Assembly: GCA_964016885.1 (NCBI GenBank)
Contig: OZ024747.1
Location: 65,534,001-65,598,000 of the forward strand
Reading direction: 5' to 3'
DNA length: 64,000 bases
Source of the DNA: Eledone cirrhosa
Lineage: Eukaryota
Positions 27,038 to 39,444 of the stretch are shown piece after piece. Positions within the stretch are counted from its first letter, which is position 1. Each line of letters opens with the position of its first letter. Position numbers and translations under genes: made by a program. Below the pieces are notes generated by a model that had not been told where the DNA came from, did no database searches, and saw nothing but the letters and a program-made list of their open reading frames with translations.

Positions 27038-28705
27038 TACAGACATATATATATACATATGCACATATATATATGAATATATATACACACACACACATAA
27101 ACACAAATAAACATACATATATATATATATACATATAAAACAAAAGAAATGTTCAGTTATTCTATACTTTAACTAAATTGGAGAACATTTTTATCTACTA
27201 TCTTCTGGTTGCAATCCGCTGGAGCAATAAAATATCAAGCTATTACCCCCATCATCACTCCCAATAACACCACTATTGCCACCATCACCACCATTACCCC
27301 CATCATCACCCCCAATATCACCACCACGACAACCATTAATTTCTATAGTAGAGTCAGCATTTCACATTTTACATCTGCACTTTGTTAGTCATTTTTTTGT
27401 TCTTTTTTACTCAGTAGAGTGCAAGAATATATGTAAGTGAGATGCAGGTTCTCTGCCCATCTGTGGGATCAGATCCTCTGCTTAAGTACTGAGCTGGTCT
27501 TCTGATGACCCTTCCAACCCTTGCTTGCAGGGAAAGCAAACATTAACTATTTAGCATTTACATTGCACTGATACTATTGCACTAATACTATTGTATTTTC
27601 GCAGTAAAAGCTTTATCTTACATATCTCTCATAATATCGAATCTATGAGATTTTGATATTATTTATTTTGAGAACAATACCTTAACATCACTATGAGTGG
27701 CTAGTTATGGCCGGTTTGGATAGAAAGAGATGAGAGAATTCTGGCCAGATACAGCTGGTTTAAATGCTAAAGGGTTAAACAATGATGATGAAACAATGGC
27801 CATTACTCTTTCTTTTCGGGGTGTCTGAGATGACTAGGATGAATGAAGGACAGTATTTTCAAACTGGAAACCTAATCCAAATGTTTGCAACAGACTGTCT
27901 AAAGATACTCAAGTACCAGGTGGTTTTGTTAAATCAGGTAACAGATAATGCCTACCACTTTAGTGCGCCACAAGATAGGATATGAACTGAGAATGCAAAG
28001 AGCCAGAATATATGCTGCATGGTATCTAACCTGATACTCTAATAGTTCTGCCAATCAACCACATAGTAGGTGTGGCACATATTAGCAAAAAGTGACTTCA
28101 TTCTGTAAAGATTTCCTGCACTGACACAAAGCTTCAATTTCATAAGTGAAATAAATTGATTGAATCAACACAAGCATCTGAATAGTATTTATATTATTGG
28201 CCATGGAATCCATGTGGAGGTGTTATGTGGTCAATCAACCTGCTAGAAAAGCAACCAAATCTCCCTCAAACTACAGTTTAGAAAAAAGAACACTTTAGAT
28301 AATTCTAATCTTTGACATTATATCTGAAACAAAAAAACATGATGGTCATGCCTGAAACACCTTTCATAATATATTTGCCCAATTAGAACTGACTTGGGAC
28401 TCAAGACTGCTTGAGAGGTTTGTGGAACCAAATGATCCCTCCCTCACTAAAAAATTACATCATACTTTCTTGAAAACAATAAAGAATACATTTAATAATA
28501 TAGTCCTAAATACATGTGTGCCTGAAAGAAGGGGAAAAATCAATAGCCAGAACATCATAGATCTGCTCTTCCAAGGCTGACCTGGGGCTAAACAGTAACA
28601 ACAACAACAGCAAACAGCAACAACAACAACAATGACAGCAACAGTGACAACAACAGCAACAACAACAACAGTAACAACTATTAATAAGCAATGAAAATGT
28701 TTTAC

Positions 28706-28821
28706 CTTATATGTGATAGAGACTTGACTGTCATTCACTATAGTACATACATTTGATACCTTTTCCCTCAATGGAACAATGTGGAAGTTGACGTAGTCAT
28801 GTTTAAAATATACCTTTGGAC
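28706..28821 (-). CDS. CFAP65: CFAP65-like exon G (PKVYFKHDYVNFHIVPLREKVSNVCTIVNDSQVSITYK)
   Basis: ttctattttAG / AAG|GTAAAA; 116 nt, phase 1 to 0. Matches recalled GPAVSLQHYCVNF...IENQSD. The seven exons total 828 nt = 276 codons with no stop. Confidence 0.9.
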
Positions 28822-29219
28822 CTAAAATAGAAATTTTAAAAAATGGTTCTTATTAAACTTTTTCCTTACAAATGTGTCATTTTGAACTCAAACAATTTTT
28901 ATTGTCATTTTATGGTTATTTTAGGTATATTTTTTTAATTGATACGCAGATATTATAGGCAGTATCAGTAGAGGGTCGGACGCCATGCTTAGCAGCAAAG
29001 AGTTACGGCCCTTTATGGTTTGAGTTCAAATTCCGCCGAGGTTAACTTTGCCTTTCATCCTTACGGGGTCGATGAAATAAAGTAATGCACTGGGATAATT
29101 GCTGGCCTTGTGCCAAAAGTAGAAACAATTATTTCATATTACTTCCAATTTCACATAAATGATGATTTACTTAGGAAATAATTTCTGAAATAGTAGATAC
29201 AGGGTCACAAATTTGGGAA

Positions 29220-29535
29220 AAAAGTATAGCTCATTAAACTGACTCCATTATTTAACTGTGAGAAAGGTATAGCTCATTAAACTGACCCCATTATTTAACT
29301 GTGAGAAAGGTATAGCTCATTAAACTGATCCTAGTATTTTACTGGGAGAAAGGTATAGCTCATTAAACTGATCCTAGTATTTTACTGGGAGAAAGGTATA
29401 GCTCATTAAACTGACCCCATAACTGCTCATTAAATTGACCCCATTATTTAATTAGAAGAACGGTATAGCTCATTAAACTGACCCCATTATTTAATTGGAA
29501 GAAAGGTATAGCTCATTAAATTGACCCCAGTATTT
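29220..29535. repeat. 43-bp tandem repeat (~7 copies) continuous with a minus-strand SINE A tail
   Basis: GAAAGGTATAGCTCATTAAACTGACCCC unit; the last unit runs into GGTACTTTATTTT of the SINE core. Confidence 0.8.
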
Positions 29536-30846
29536 TATTGGTACTTTATTTTCTTGTCCCCAGATGTATGAAAGACAAAGTTGACCTCCTTGTTGGAATT
29601 AGAACTCAGAACTTAAAATGACCATAACTAAACACTGCAAGTCATTTTAACTCTGTTCTACCAATCCACTGCCCTTAAAATGCCCAGAACCTTACAAAAG
29701 GGTATATTTATATCAACCCAGCCACCTAGTATGTGAGAGACAGTTTTTTGTTGATACTGTTTGTTTGGGGTTATTTATTTTTTTCAAGCAAAGCCATCAA
29801 TTGGCAAAATTGTTTGAACATTGAATAAAATAACTTGTGGTATTTGTTCTGGTTCCTTACAGAATAAAGTGCAATTCTAGTTGCTTCAAAATACATTTTT
29901 AAAAATAAAAATAATAAAAATAATAAAACAGAAATGATCACAGCTGAAATTCCTTTGATCATGGGTCTGTTCTATCAGATTTGACCAAGAACTAAACAGC
30001 AAAAACAACATAAATAATATAGAGGAATTCAGAAATATTTTTAGCCAAGAATAGGGAGAGATAGAATTGGATTGTGTGAGTTATTTGCTTCCAAATTTTA
30101 CCATTTCCTCTCTAACTCTATCACTTTACAGTTTGTCTTCAAACATTAAAAGTCAAAAAGCTGTCAAGATTTCTCAGCTCCAGTAACCAGAACCAAAGTC
30201 AAAGTTCTCAACCAGCTTCTAGAAAATTTTTCAACTCCAGTAACCATAGAAACCAACTAACCAAACAACAGACAGTATATACTGCCAATTACAGGTGAAT
30301 ATTGATTTCTGAAATAAGTTTTTACTTCATCAATTGGCCTATGTTAAAGACTTCAGTCTAACATTTTGGCAATTGACAAAGTTATTCATTAAAACATGAT
30401 GAAGTGTGAGACACATTCCTGGAGCAAAAAGAACATTTTATGTTATAAAATGAGCAGTGTTAATGTTTATGAATAAACACTGATATATTTATGCTAAAGG
30501 TGACAGTTTTACTAGCAGCCACTAGTTTGTCTACTTTGGCCCTTTCCTTCCTCGCCATACCTTCAAACCTCAAGATATATTTCACCACCAAATACAATAT
30601 TTAATGTTAAAACCAGTTGAATGAGTTCTCTTGAATAATGTTAATCTTTAAAAATACTGTTTTGTATCAGTAGGTAGTGCTGATGTTTATAAAATCATCT
30701 TTTGAATCTGTAGGAAGTGTTAATGTTTATAAATAAATAATATTTTTTATCAGTGAGTAGTGTTGATATTTGTAAAGACTTTTGAATCTGTAGGCAGTGT
30801 TAATGTTTCTAAATAAAGAATGTTTTTATAGTGGGTAATGATTTTC

Positions 30847-32160
30847 ATCAGTAAACAGTGTTGATGTTTATAAACAATGTTTAGTATCAGTAAACAGTGT
30901 TGATGTTCATAAACAATGTTTTGTATCAGTGAACAGTGTTGATGTTCATAAAAAATGTTTTGTATCAGTGAACAGTGTTGATGTTTATAAACAATGTTTA
31001 GTATCAGTAAACAGTGTTGATGTTCATAAACAATGTTTTGTATCAGTGAACAGTGTTGATGTTTATAAACAATGTTTAGTATCAGTAAACAGTGTTGATG
31101 TTCATAAACAGTGTTTAGTATCAGTGAACAGTGTTGATGTTTATAAACAATGTTTAGTATCAGTAAACAGTGTTGATGTTCATAAACAATGTTTTGTATC
31201 AGTAAACAGTGTTGATGTTTATAAACAATGTTTAGTATCAATTAACAGTGTTGATGTTTATAAACAATGTTTTGTATCAATGAACAGTGTTGATGTTTAT
31301 AAACAATGTTTAGAATCAGTAAACAGTGTTGATGTTTATAAACAATGTTTAGAATCAGTAAACAGTGTTGATGTTCATAAACAATGTTTTGTATCAGTGA
31401 ACAGTGTTGATGTTTATAAACAATGTTTAGTATCACTGAACAGTGTTGATGTTTATAAACAATGTTTAGTATCAGTAAACAGTGTTGATGTTTATAAACA
31501 ATGTTTTGTATCAGTGAACAGTGTTGATGTTTATAAACAATGTTTAGTATCAGTGAACAGTGTTGATGTTTATAAACAATGTTTAGTATCAGTAAACAGT
31601 GTTGATGTTCATAAACAATGTTTTGTATCAGTGAACAGTGTTGATGTTTATAAACAATGTTTAGTATCAGTAAACAGTGTTGATGTTCATAAACAGTGTT
31701 TAGTATCAGTGAACAGTGTTGATGTTTATAAACAATGTTTAGTATCAGTAAACAGTGTTGATGTTCATAAATAATGTTTTGTATCAGTAAACAGTGTTGA
31801 TGTTTATAAACAATGTTTAGTATCAATTAACAGTGTTGATGTTTATAAACAATGTTTTGTATCAATGAACAGTGTTGATGTTTATAAACAATGTTTAGTA
31901 TCAGTAAACAGTGTTGATGTTTATAAACAATGTTTAGTATCAGTAAACAGTGTTGATGTTTATAAACAATGTTTTGTATCAATGAACAGTGTTGATGTTT
32001 ATAAACAATGTTTTGTATCAGTGAACAGTGTTGATGTTTATAAACAATGTTTAGTATCACTGAACAGTGTTGATGTTTATAAACAATGTTTAGTATCAGT
32101 AAAGTGTTGATGTTTATAAACAATGTTTAGTATAAGTGAACAGTGTTGATATTTATAAAT
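30847..32160. repeat. 39-bp minisatellite, ~33 copies (ATCAGTAAACAGTGTTGATGTTTATAAACAATGTTTAGT)
   Basis: 13-aa periodicity in the ORF track; direct inspection. Confidence 0.97.
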
Positions 32161-32850
32161 ACATATCAGTGGGTAAGAAAGACATAATATTTTCTCAGTT
32201 TAATTGCTCTTAATGATGCAACTTTCCAATCCTCATTCACAGCTGTATATTTGGCATAAAACTAGGGGCTGCACTTTCTAGTCACTCATATGTATGTGTG
32301 TGTGTGTGTGTATATACATATATATATATATACACACACACACACATTCACAATTCACATACACAAAATTTGATGCAAAATGATTTTTACATCTTACAAA
32401 TAGAACAAAATTAATTTACTTAAGTTTTGATTTTTGTTTTCATCATAAAAAAAATAAACATCCGAATCATAATTATTTTTTATTGATTTTTTTTTTTACT
32501 ATTGTTATCAAAGTGTTTATTTTTATCTAAAAACCTTCCACCATAATTTTATGTAAGAGCCTTGTTAAGTTATGTTCTAAACACCACCTTGATAATTAGA
32601 AAATTAGACATATTACTAAATGCCTCCAAAATTCTTGTTTATTTTCAAAATGACTTAAAGTTTACAGACAGTGTCTTTGATTAGAAATATGTAATGAAAG
32701 AGTTAATTATCGAAGGGGGAGTGAGACAGTATATATAACCTTTACAGACTTTGACAGTAAGGTGAGACTGATCTGGTCAGAGAGGTAATAGATACGGTAT
32801 AATGTACCTTAGGCAAATATCTTCAACTATAACCTCAGACTGACTAATGC

Positions 32851-35310
32851 TTAATAACAGATGTATTGGCTACATGGTGGCCATATTAATGACAAACCAC
32901 AGACAACAGATATATTGTCCACATGGTGGCTACTGCCATTACCACAGACAATAACAGATCTATTGGCCACATGGTGACTACTGACTTTAACACAAACAAT
33001 AACAGATGTATTGGCTACATGATGGCTACTGACATTACCACAGACAATAACAGATGTATTGGCCACATGGTGGCTACTGACATTACCACAGACAATAACA
33101 GATGTATTGGCCACATGGTGGCTACTGACATTACCACAGACAATAACAGATGTATTGGCTACATGGTGGCTAATGACATTCCCACAGACAACAATAACGG
33201 ATGTATTAGCTACATGGTGGCCACATTAATGACAATACCACAGACAACAGATATATTGGCCACATGGTGGCTACTGACATTACCACACACAACAATAACA
33301 GATGTATAGGCTACATGGTGACTAATGACATTCCCACAGACAACAATAACGGATGTATTAGCTACATGATGGCCACATTAATGACAATACCACAGACAAC
33401 AGATATATTGGCCACATGGTGGCTACTGACATTACCACACACAACAATAACGGATGTATTAGCTACATGGTGCCTAATGACATTACCACAGGTAATAACA
33501 GATGTATTGGCTATATGGTGACTAATGACATTACCACAGACAACAATAATGGATCTATTAGCTACATGGTGGCTAATGACATTACCACAGACAACAATAA
33601 TCGATCTATTAGCTACATGGTGACTAATGACATTACCACAGACAACAATAATCGATCTATTAGCTACATGGTGGCTAATGACATTACCACAGACAACAAT
33701 AATCGATCTATTAGCTACATGGTGACTAATGACATTACCACAGACAACAATAATGGATCTATTAGCTACATGGTGGCTAATGACATTACCCAGACAACAA
33801 TAATCGATCTATTAGCTACATGGTGGCTAATGACATTACCACAGACAACAATAATGGATCTATTAGCTACATGGTGGCTAATGACATTACCACAGACAAC
33901 AATAATCGATCTATTAGCTACATGGTGACTAATGACATTACCACAGACAACAATAATCGATCTATTAGCTACATGGTGGCTAATGACATTACCACAGACA
34001 ACAATAATCGATCTATTAGCTACATGGTGACTAATGACATTACCACAGACAACAATAATGGATCTATTAGCTACATGGTGGCTAATGACATTACCCAGAC
34101 AACAATAATCGATCTATTAGCTACATGGTGGCTAATGACATTACCACAGACAACAATAATCGATCTATTAGCTACATGGTGGCTAATGACATTACCACAG
34201 ACAACAATAATCGATCTATTAGCTACATGGTGGCTAATGACATTACCACAGACAACAATAATCGATCTATTAGCTACATGGTGGCTAATGACATTACCAC
34301 AGACAACAATAATCGATCTATTAGCTACATGGTGGCTAATGACATTACCACAGACAACAATAATCGATCTATTAGCTACATGGTGGCTAATGACATTACC
34401 ACAGACAACAATAATCGATCTATTAGCTACATGGTGGCTAATGACATTACCACAGACAACAATAATCGATCTATTAGCTACATGGTGGCTAATGACATTA
34501 CCACAGACAACAATAATCGATCTATTAGCTACATCGTGGCTAATGACATTACCCAGACAACAATAATCGATCTATTAGCTACATGGTGGCTAATGACATT
34601 ACCCAGACAACAATAATCGATCTATTAGCTACATGGTGGCTAATGACATTACCACAGACAACAATAATCGATCTATTAGCTACATGGTGGCTAATGACAT
34701 TACCACAGACAACAATAATCGATCTATTAGCTACATGGTGGCTAATGACATTACCACAGACAACAATAATCGATCTATTAGCTACATGGTGGCTAATGAC
34801 ATTACCACAGACAACAATAATCGATCTATTAGCTACATCGTTGCTAATGACATTACCACAGACAACAATAATCGATCTATTAGCTACATGGTGGCTAATG
34901 ACATTACCACAGACAACAATAATCGATCTATTAGCTACATGGTGGCTAATGACATTACCCAGACAACAATAATCGATCTATTAGCTACATGGTGGCTAAT
35001 GACATTACCACAGACAACAATAATCGATCTATTAGCTACATGGTGGCTAATGACATTACCCAGACAACAATAATCGATCTATTAGCTACATGGTGGCTAA
35101 TGACATTACCCAGACAACAATAATCGATCTATTAGCTACATGGTGGCTAATGACATTACCCAGACAACAATAATCGATCTATTAGCTACATGGTGGCTAA
35201 TGACATTACCCAGACAACAATAATCGATCTATTAGCTACATGGTGGCTAATGACATTACCCAGACAACAATAATCGATCTATTAGCTACATGGTGGCTAA
35301 TGACGTTACC
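32851..35310. repeat. 51/50-bp minisatellite, ~48 copies
   Basis: Unit ATGGTGGCTAATGACATTACCACAGACAACAATAATCGATCTATTAGCTAC; the 50-bp variant lacks one A. Confidence 0.97.
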
Positions 35311-35399
35311 ATAAACAGTAACAGACATAATGGCCATATGTTCACATGTAGATTAATAGCATTATCACAGACAACAACAAAAACAAGAATTAAAATTAC

Positions 35400-35508
35400 C
35401 TTCTGAATATCCAAAACATTTGATCATATTTTTAGATATGTGGCCATGTGGTATCAGACAGAAATATTCAATTATTGGTGAATTAACAATATCAGGTGTG
35501 AAATGAAT
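35400..35508 (-). CDS. CFAP65: CFAP65-like exon F (IHFTPDIVNSPIIEYFCLIPHGHISKNMIKCFGYSE-G)
   Basis: aatattttcAG / AAG|GTAATT; 109 nt, phase 0 to 1. Matches recalled VFFHP...DYCSIMPSGCASKTLLKVVGFCRG. Confidence 0.9.
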
Positions 35509-35556
35509 CTGAAAATATTTCAAACACCAAAATTTAATTTATTACACAAACTATAC

Positions 35557-35914
<358 letters not shown>

Positions 35915-35977
35915 GCAAATACATATATATATATATATATATACACATATATATATATACATATATATACATACATA

Positions 35978-36009
<32 letters not shown>

Positions 36010-36189
36010 CATATATATATACACATATATATATGCATATATATACACATATATATATACACATATATATATGCATATATATATACACATATATATATAT
36101 ATATATATATACATATACACATATATATATATATATCCACATATATATATATATACACACACACATATATACATATATATACACATATA

Positions 36190-37270
36190 TCATCATCATC
36201 ATCATCATCATCATCGTTTAACGTCCATGTTCCACGCTTGCATGGGTTTGAACGGGAGTTTTCCCACTTGAGGCAAGAGTGGTTGTCTTGCTCGCATAGG
36301 ACTGTCTGGCGGGTTTTCTACAGCTGGATGCCCTTCCTAACACCAACCACATTTACAGTGTGGGACTGGGAGGTTTTTACCGTGTTGCCTACACGGCCAC
36401 ATTACAGCGTGGACTGTGTGTTTTTTTGTTGTGACACCTACACGATCTCATTTGTTTCGGCCTGGATGTTGTGGCACCAACATAACTTTACATTGAAAGG
36501 GGCGGTGTGGATGGGACGGGAGTGTATTTTGTTAGAGATGCCTACTGACTGTAGTAGGTTTTACTTTGTATTTAGGTAAGGCGGGTCTTCTCTATTACTG
36601 AGTACCGCCAAAGATCTCGGTCCAGTGACATTGTCTTGGAGAGGTGTAAGTGTGTGAGGTCAGAATTTATCAGGTCGTCCCAGGTTTTTCTGGGTCTGCC
36701 TACTCCGTGGCTACCGTCTATCTTTATTGCCCTGCACTTTTTTATACAGCTGTCGTCTTTCATGCGCATCACGTGACCATACCAGCGTAGCCTTCTCTCG
36801 AGTAAACAACATCTGATCCCTCTTATTTCTAATTTTTCCCTTAGTTCGTTTATGCTTTGCCGTTCGCGTATATTACTATTACACATCCAGCGGAGCATGC
36901 AAGCTTCGTTCCTCTCTAGTCTGCGTATATCCTCTGCACACAATGCCCAGGTCTCACTGCCATGCAACATTGCTGTTCGTATGCAGGCATCATACAGCCT
37001 GCCTTTCATTTTTAGGGAGAACCCTTTAGCGGCTAATAGTGGTATAAGCTCTCTGAACTTTTTCCATCCAGTTCTGACTCTAGCTACTGTATTTTCAGAG
37101 CACCCTCCCCCATTGCTGATTTTGTCACCCAGGTAACGGAAGCTGTCCACTATTTCTATAGAACCCTCTGCGCAATTGAAAGAGCTAGTATTTTGTGGGC
37201 ACTTGCTGCTACTTATTGCACCAGAGCACCGGCCACATGTAAAATCTATGTTCTTAGTTAGCTTATACAT
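36190..37270 (-). mobile_element. RTE-clade LINE, 5'-truncated, ~230 uninterrupted codons
   Basis: FTCGRC...IEIVDSFRYLGD...ARVRTGWKKFREL...HGSETW...RRLRWYGHVMR...GRPRKTW; stop at 36572; (GAT)n tail. Confidence 0.95.
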
Positions 37271-37300
37271 ATATTGCAAGCAGGGAAGAGCGGATGTAAA

Positions 37301-37338
<38 letters not shown>

Positions 37339-37376
37339 ATATACATATATACATATATATACATATATATATATAC

Positions 37377-37407
<31 letters not shown>

Positions 37408-37716
37408 CATATATATATACACATATATATATATATATATATACATATATATACACACACACACACACACATATATATATAGTTCAAGGAAACAACAAAA
37501 CAGATATACAAAATGTATTATTAGTTTCACACTTTATATGGAAAAGGGAAAGTTCAATGTGTCAGGCTTTAGCCCTTCTTCAGGAGTATAGAAATAGAGA
37601 CAGGATCACAAAGGATAGATACAGAAAATAATATATATATATGTGTGTGTGTGTGTGTTAGGTAATTCTGAAGAAAAAGCAAAGGAAAAAAGAGTGCTCT
37701 ATGTATAGAACAGAGC

Positions 37717-37914
37717 TATTTAATTAGAAAGTGAACAACACAAAATATAACTACATTACCAAAGGTTTCAAGACCCCAAACAATATTAATATACATCTAG
37801 ATTGTTCATCAGACAGAGATGAACGATCTAGAGGTATATTTATATTGCCTAGGGTCCTGAAACCTTTGCTAATGGAGTAGTTATATTTTGTTTTGTTCAC
37901 TTTCTAATTAAATA
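37717..37914. mobile_element. Fold-back element with degenerate hammerhead motifs
   Basis: Imperfect arms of ~95 bp. Minus strand 37816-37754 reads CTGATGA...GAAA CCtttGG TA. Confidence 0.6.
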
Positions 37915-38976
37915 TAAATATATATATATATATATATCAATACTTTCAAAAAATGATGAGACTGTCCATCTTTCTGTTGTTTTTTACCATTTATTTATTT
38001 CATCAACAAAACATGTTTACAAATACACATGTTTCATTGACTATGCCAAGCCGAACTTAGTCAAGTTGACCTAGTCAAAGCCTCAGTTCGGCCATCTTGG
38101 AATGGTTGTCCCTTAAATTGAGTGCTCTACCAACTTTGGATATTTATCATGAAATTAAATTCAGTTGCACTATATGTGTGTGTGTGTATGTACACATAGA
38201 ACAGACATTAAATGATGATGTTATCATCATCATCACAGTTTTACATCGATTTTTCCATGTTAGCATGGATTAGACAGGTTGTCTTGTGGGTAATGCTAGG
38301 TCAGGTGACCATGTCTTGCATATACAGAACTGATTTTGGCTTGGTTTCTACAGCTGGATGCCCTTCCTAACACAAACCTCATTTACAATGAGTACTGGGT
38401 GCTTTTTGTCGTGTCACCAGCACAACCACTAGACAGTGTGGACTGGGTGCTTTTGTCATGTCACCAACATGACCACTTTACAGTGTGGGCTGGGTGCTTT
38501 TTGTTGTGATACCTACATGACCACTTTATAGTATGAGCTGGGCGCTTTTTGTCATGTTCCGATCACGAACACTTTACAGTGTGGACTGGGGAGAGGGGGG
38601 AGGGGCTTCACTAGATGCATACTTCATACTGCCCTCGTGGGAGATGTATATATATATGTGTGCATATTCATATATATGTGTGTGTGTGTACACATACAAC
38701 AGACATTAAATTACAAGCTATTGATACCAGAGTTGGGCCAGATCAATACAGGTCTAGCCTTGAGCAGATCAATCGCAAAAGCCGCATCACACTTCAATAA
38801 ATAGTATGAAGATCTAACACGTCATCCTTTTTATTATTATTATTTTATATATACATATATGTGCATGTGTTCGTGTTCCAGTGTGTTCATGTTCGTGCTC
38901 GTGCATGTGTTCGTGCTTGTGTCCATGCGCGTGCCTGTATATGTGTGTACATACATATCATCAATCTTTAACTTAC

Positions 38977-39096
38977 AGGTATATTAAAAGTACCCTTGGG
39001 TTCAATGACTCCATCTTTCTCAGGTAACTCAAATACTTTTGTGAAAGCTGTCTTGGAAGCAGCTTTCAAAGGTTCAATTTTAAATGCAACATTTGC
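38977..39096 (-). CDS. CFAP65: CFAP65-like exon E (ANVAFKIEPLKAASKTAFTKVFELPEKDGVIEPKGTFNIP)
   Basis: ttttataacctgcAG / CCT|GTAAGT; 120 nt, phase 0 to 0. Matches recalled VNAPFRIE...F.....GIV.P. Confidence 0.9.
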
Positions 39097-39229
39097 CTGC
39101 AGGTTATAAAATAAAACAAAAATATATAAACTAGAAAAACATAAAAACAATGAAAAGGTGTTACGTTTGACCCTTTTCACACTAAACTCTTCCAGACTGT
39201 TTTGTATTTTATTTACAAAACTTCTTGTT

Positions 39230-39444
39230 TTAACCCTTTAACATTTAAACTGGCCGTATCCAGCCAGAATTTTCTCACCTTTCTGTTTAAACCCACTGCT
39301 CATACTGATGTTAAGGTATTGTTCTCAAAATAGATATATCAAAATCTCGTAGATTTGATATTATGTGAGATATTATGTGAGGTAAACCCTTTATCATGAA
39401 AATATAATAGTAAATATAGAGTAATGTAAATGCTAAAGGGTTAA
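39230..39444. mobile_element. TTAA-flanked piggyBac-like MITE, family 2 (copies also 27543-27779, 48045-48235, 25030-25210)
   Basis: TTAA CCCTTTAaCATTTA ... TAAATGCTAAAGGG TTAA. Confidence 0.85.

Noticed and set aside
30750-35073. Long repetitive ORFs (SVNSVDVYKQCLV; MVANDITTDNNNRSISY)
   Set aside because: They arise from 39- and 51-bp units being multiples of 3. They are broken by frameshifting variants and lack splice signals or a unique domain.
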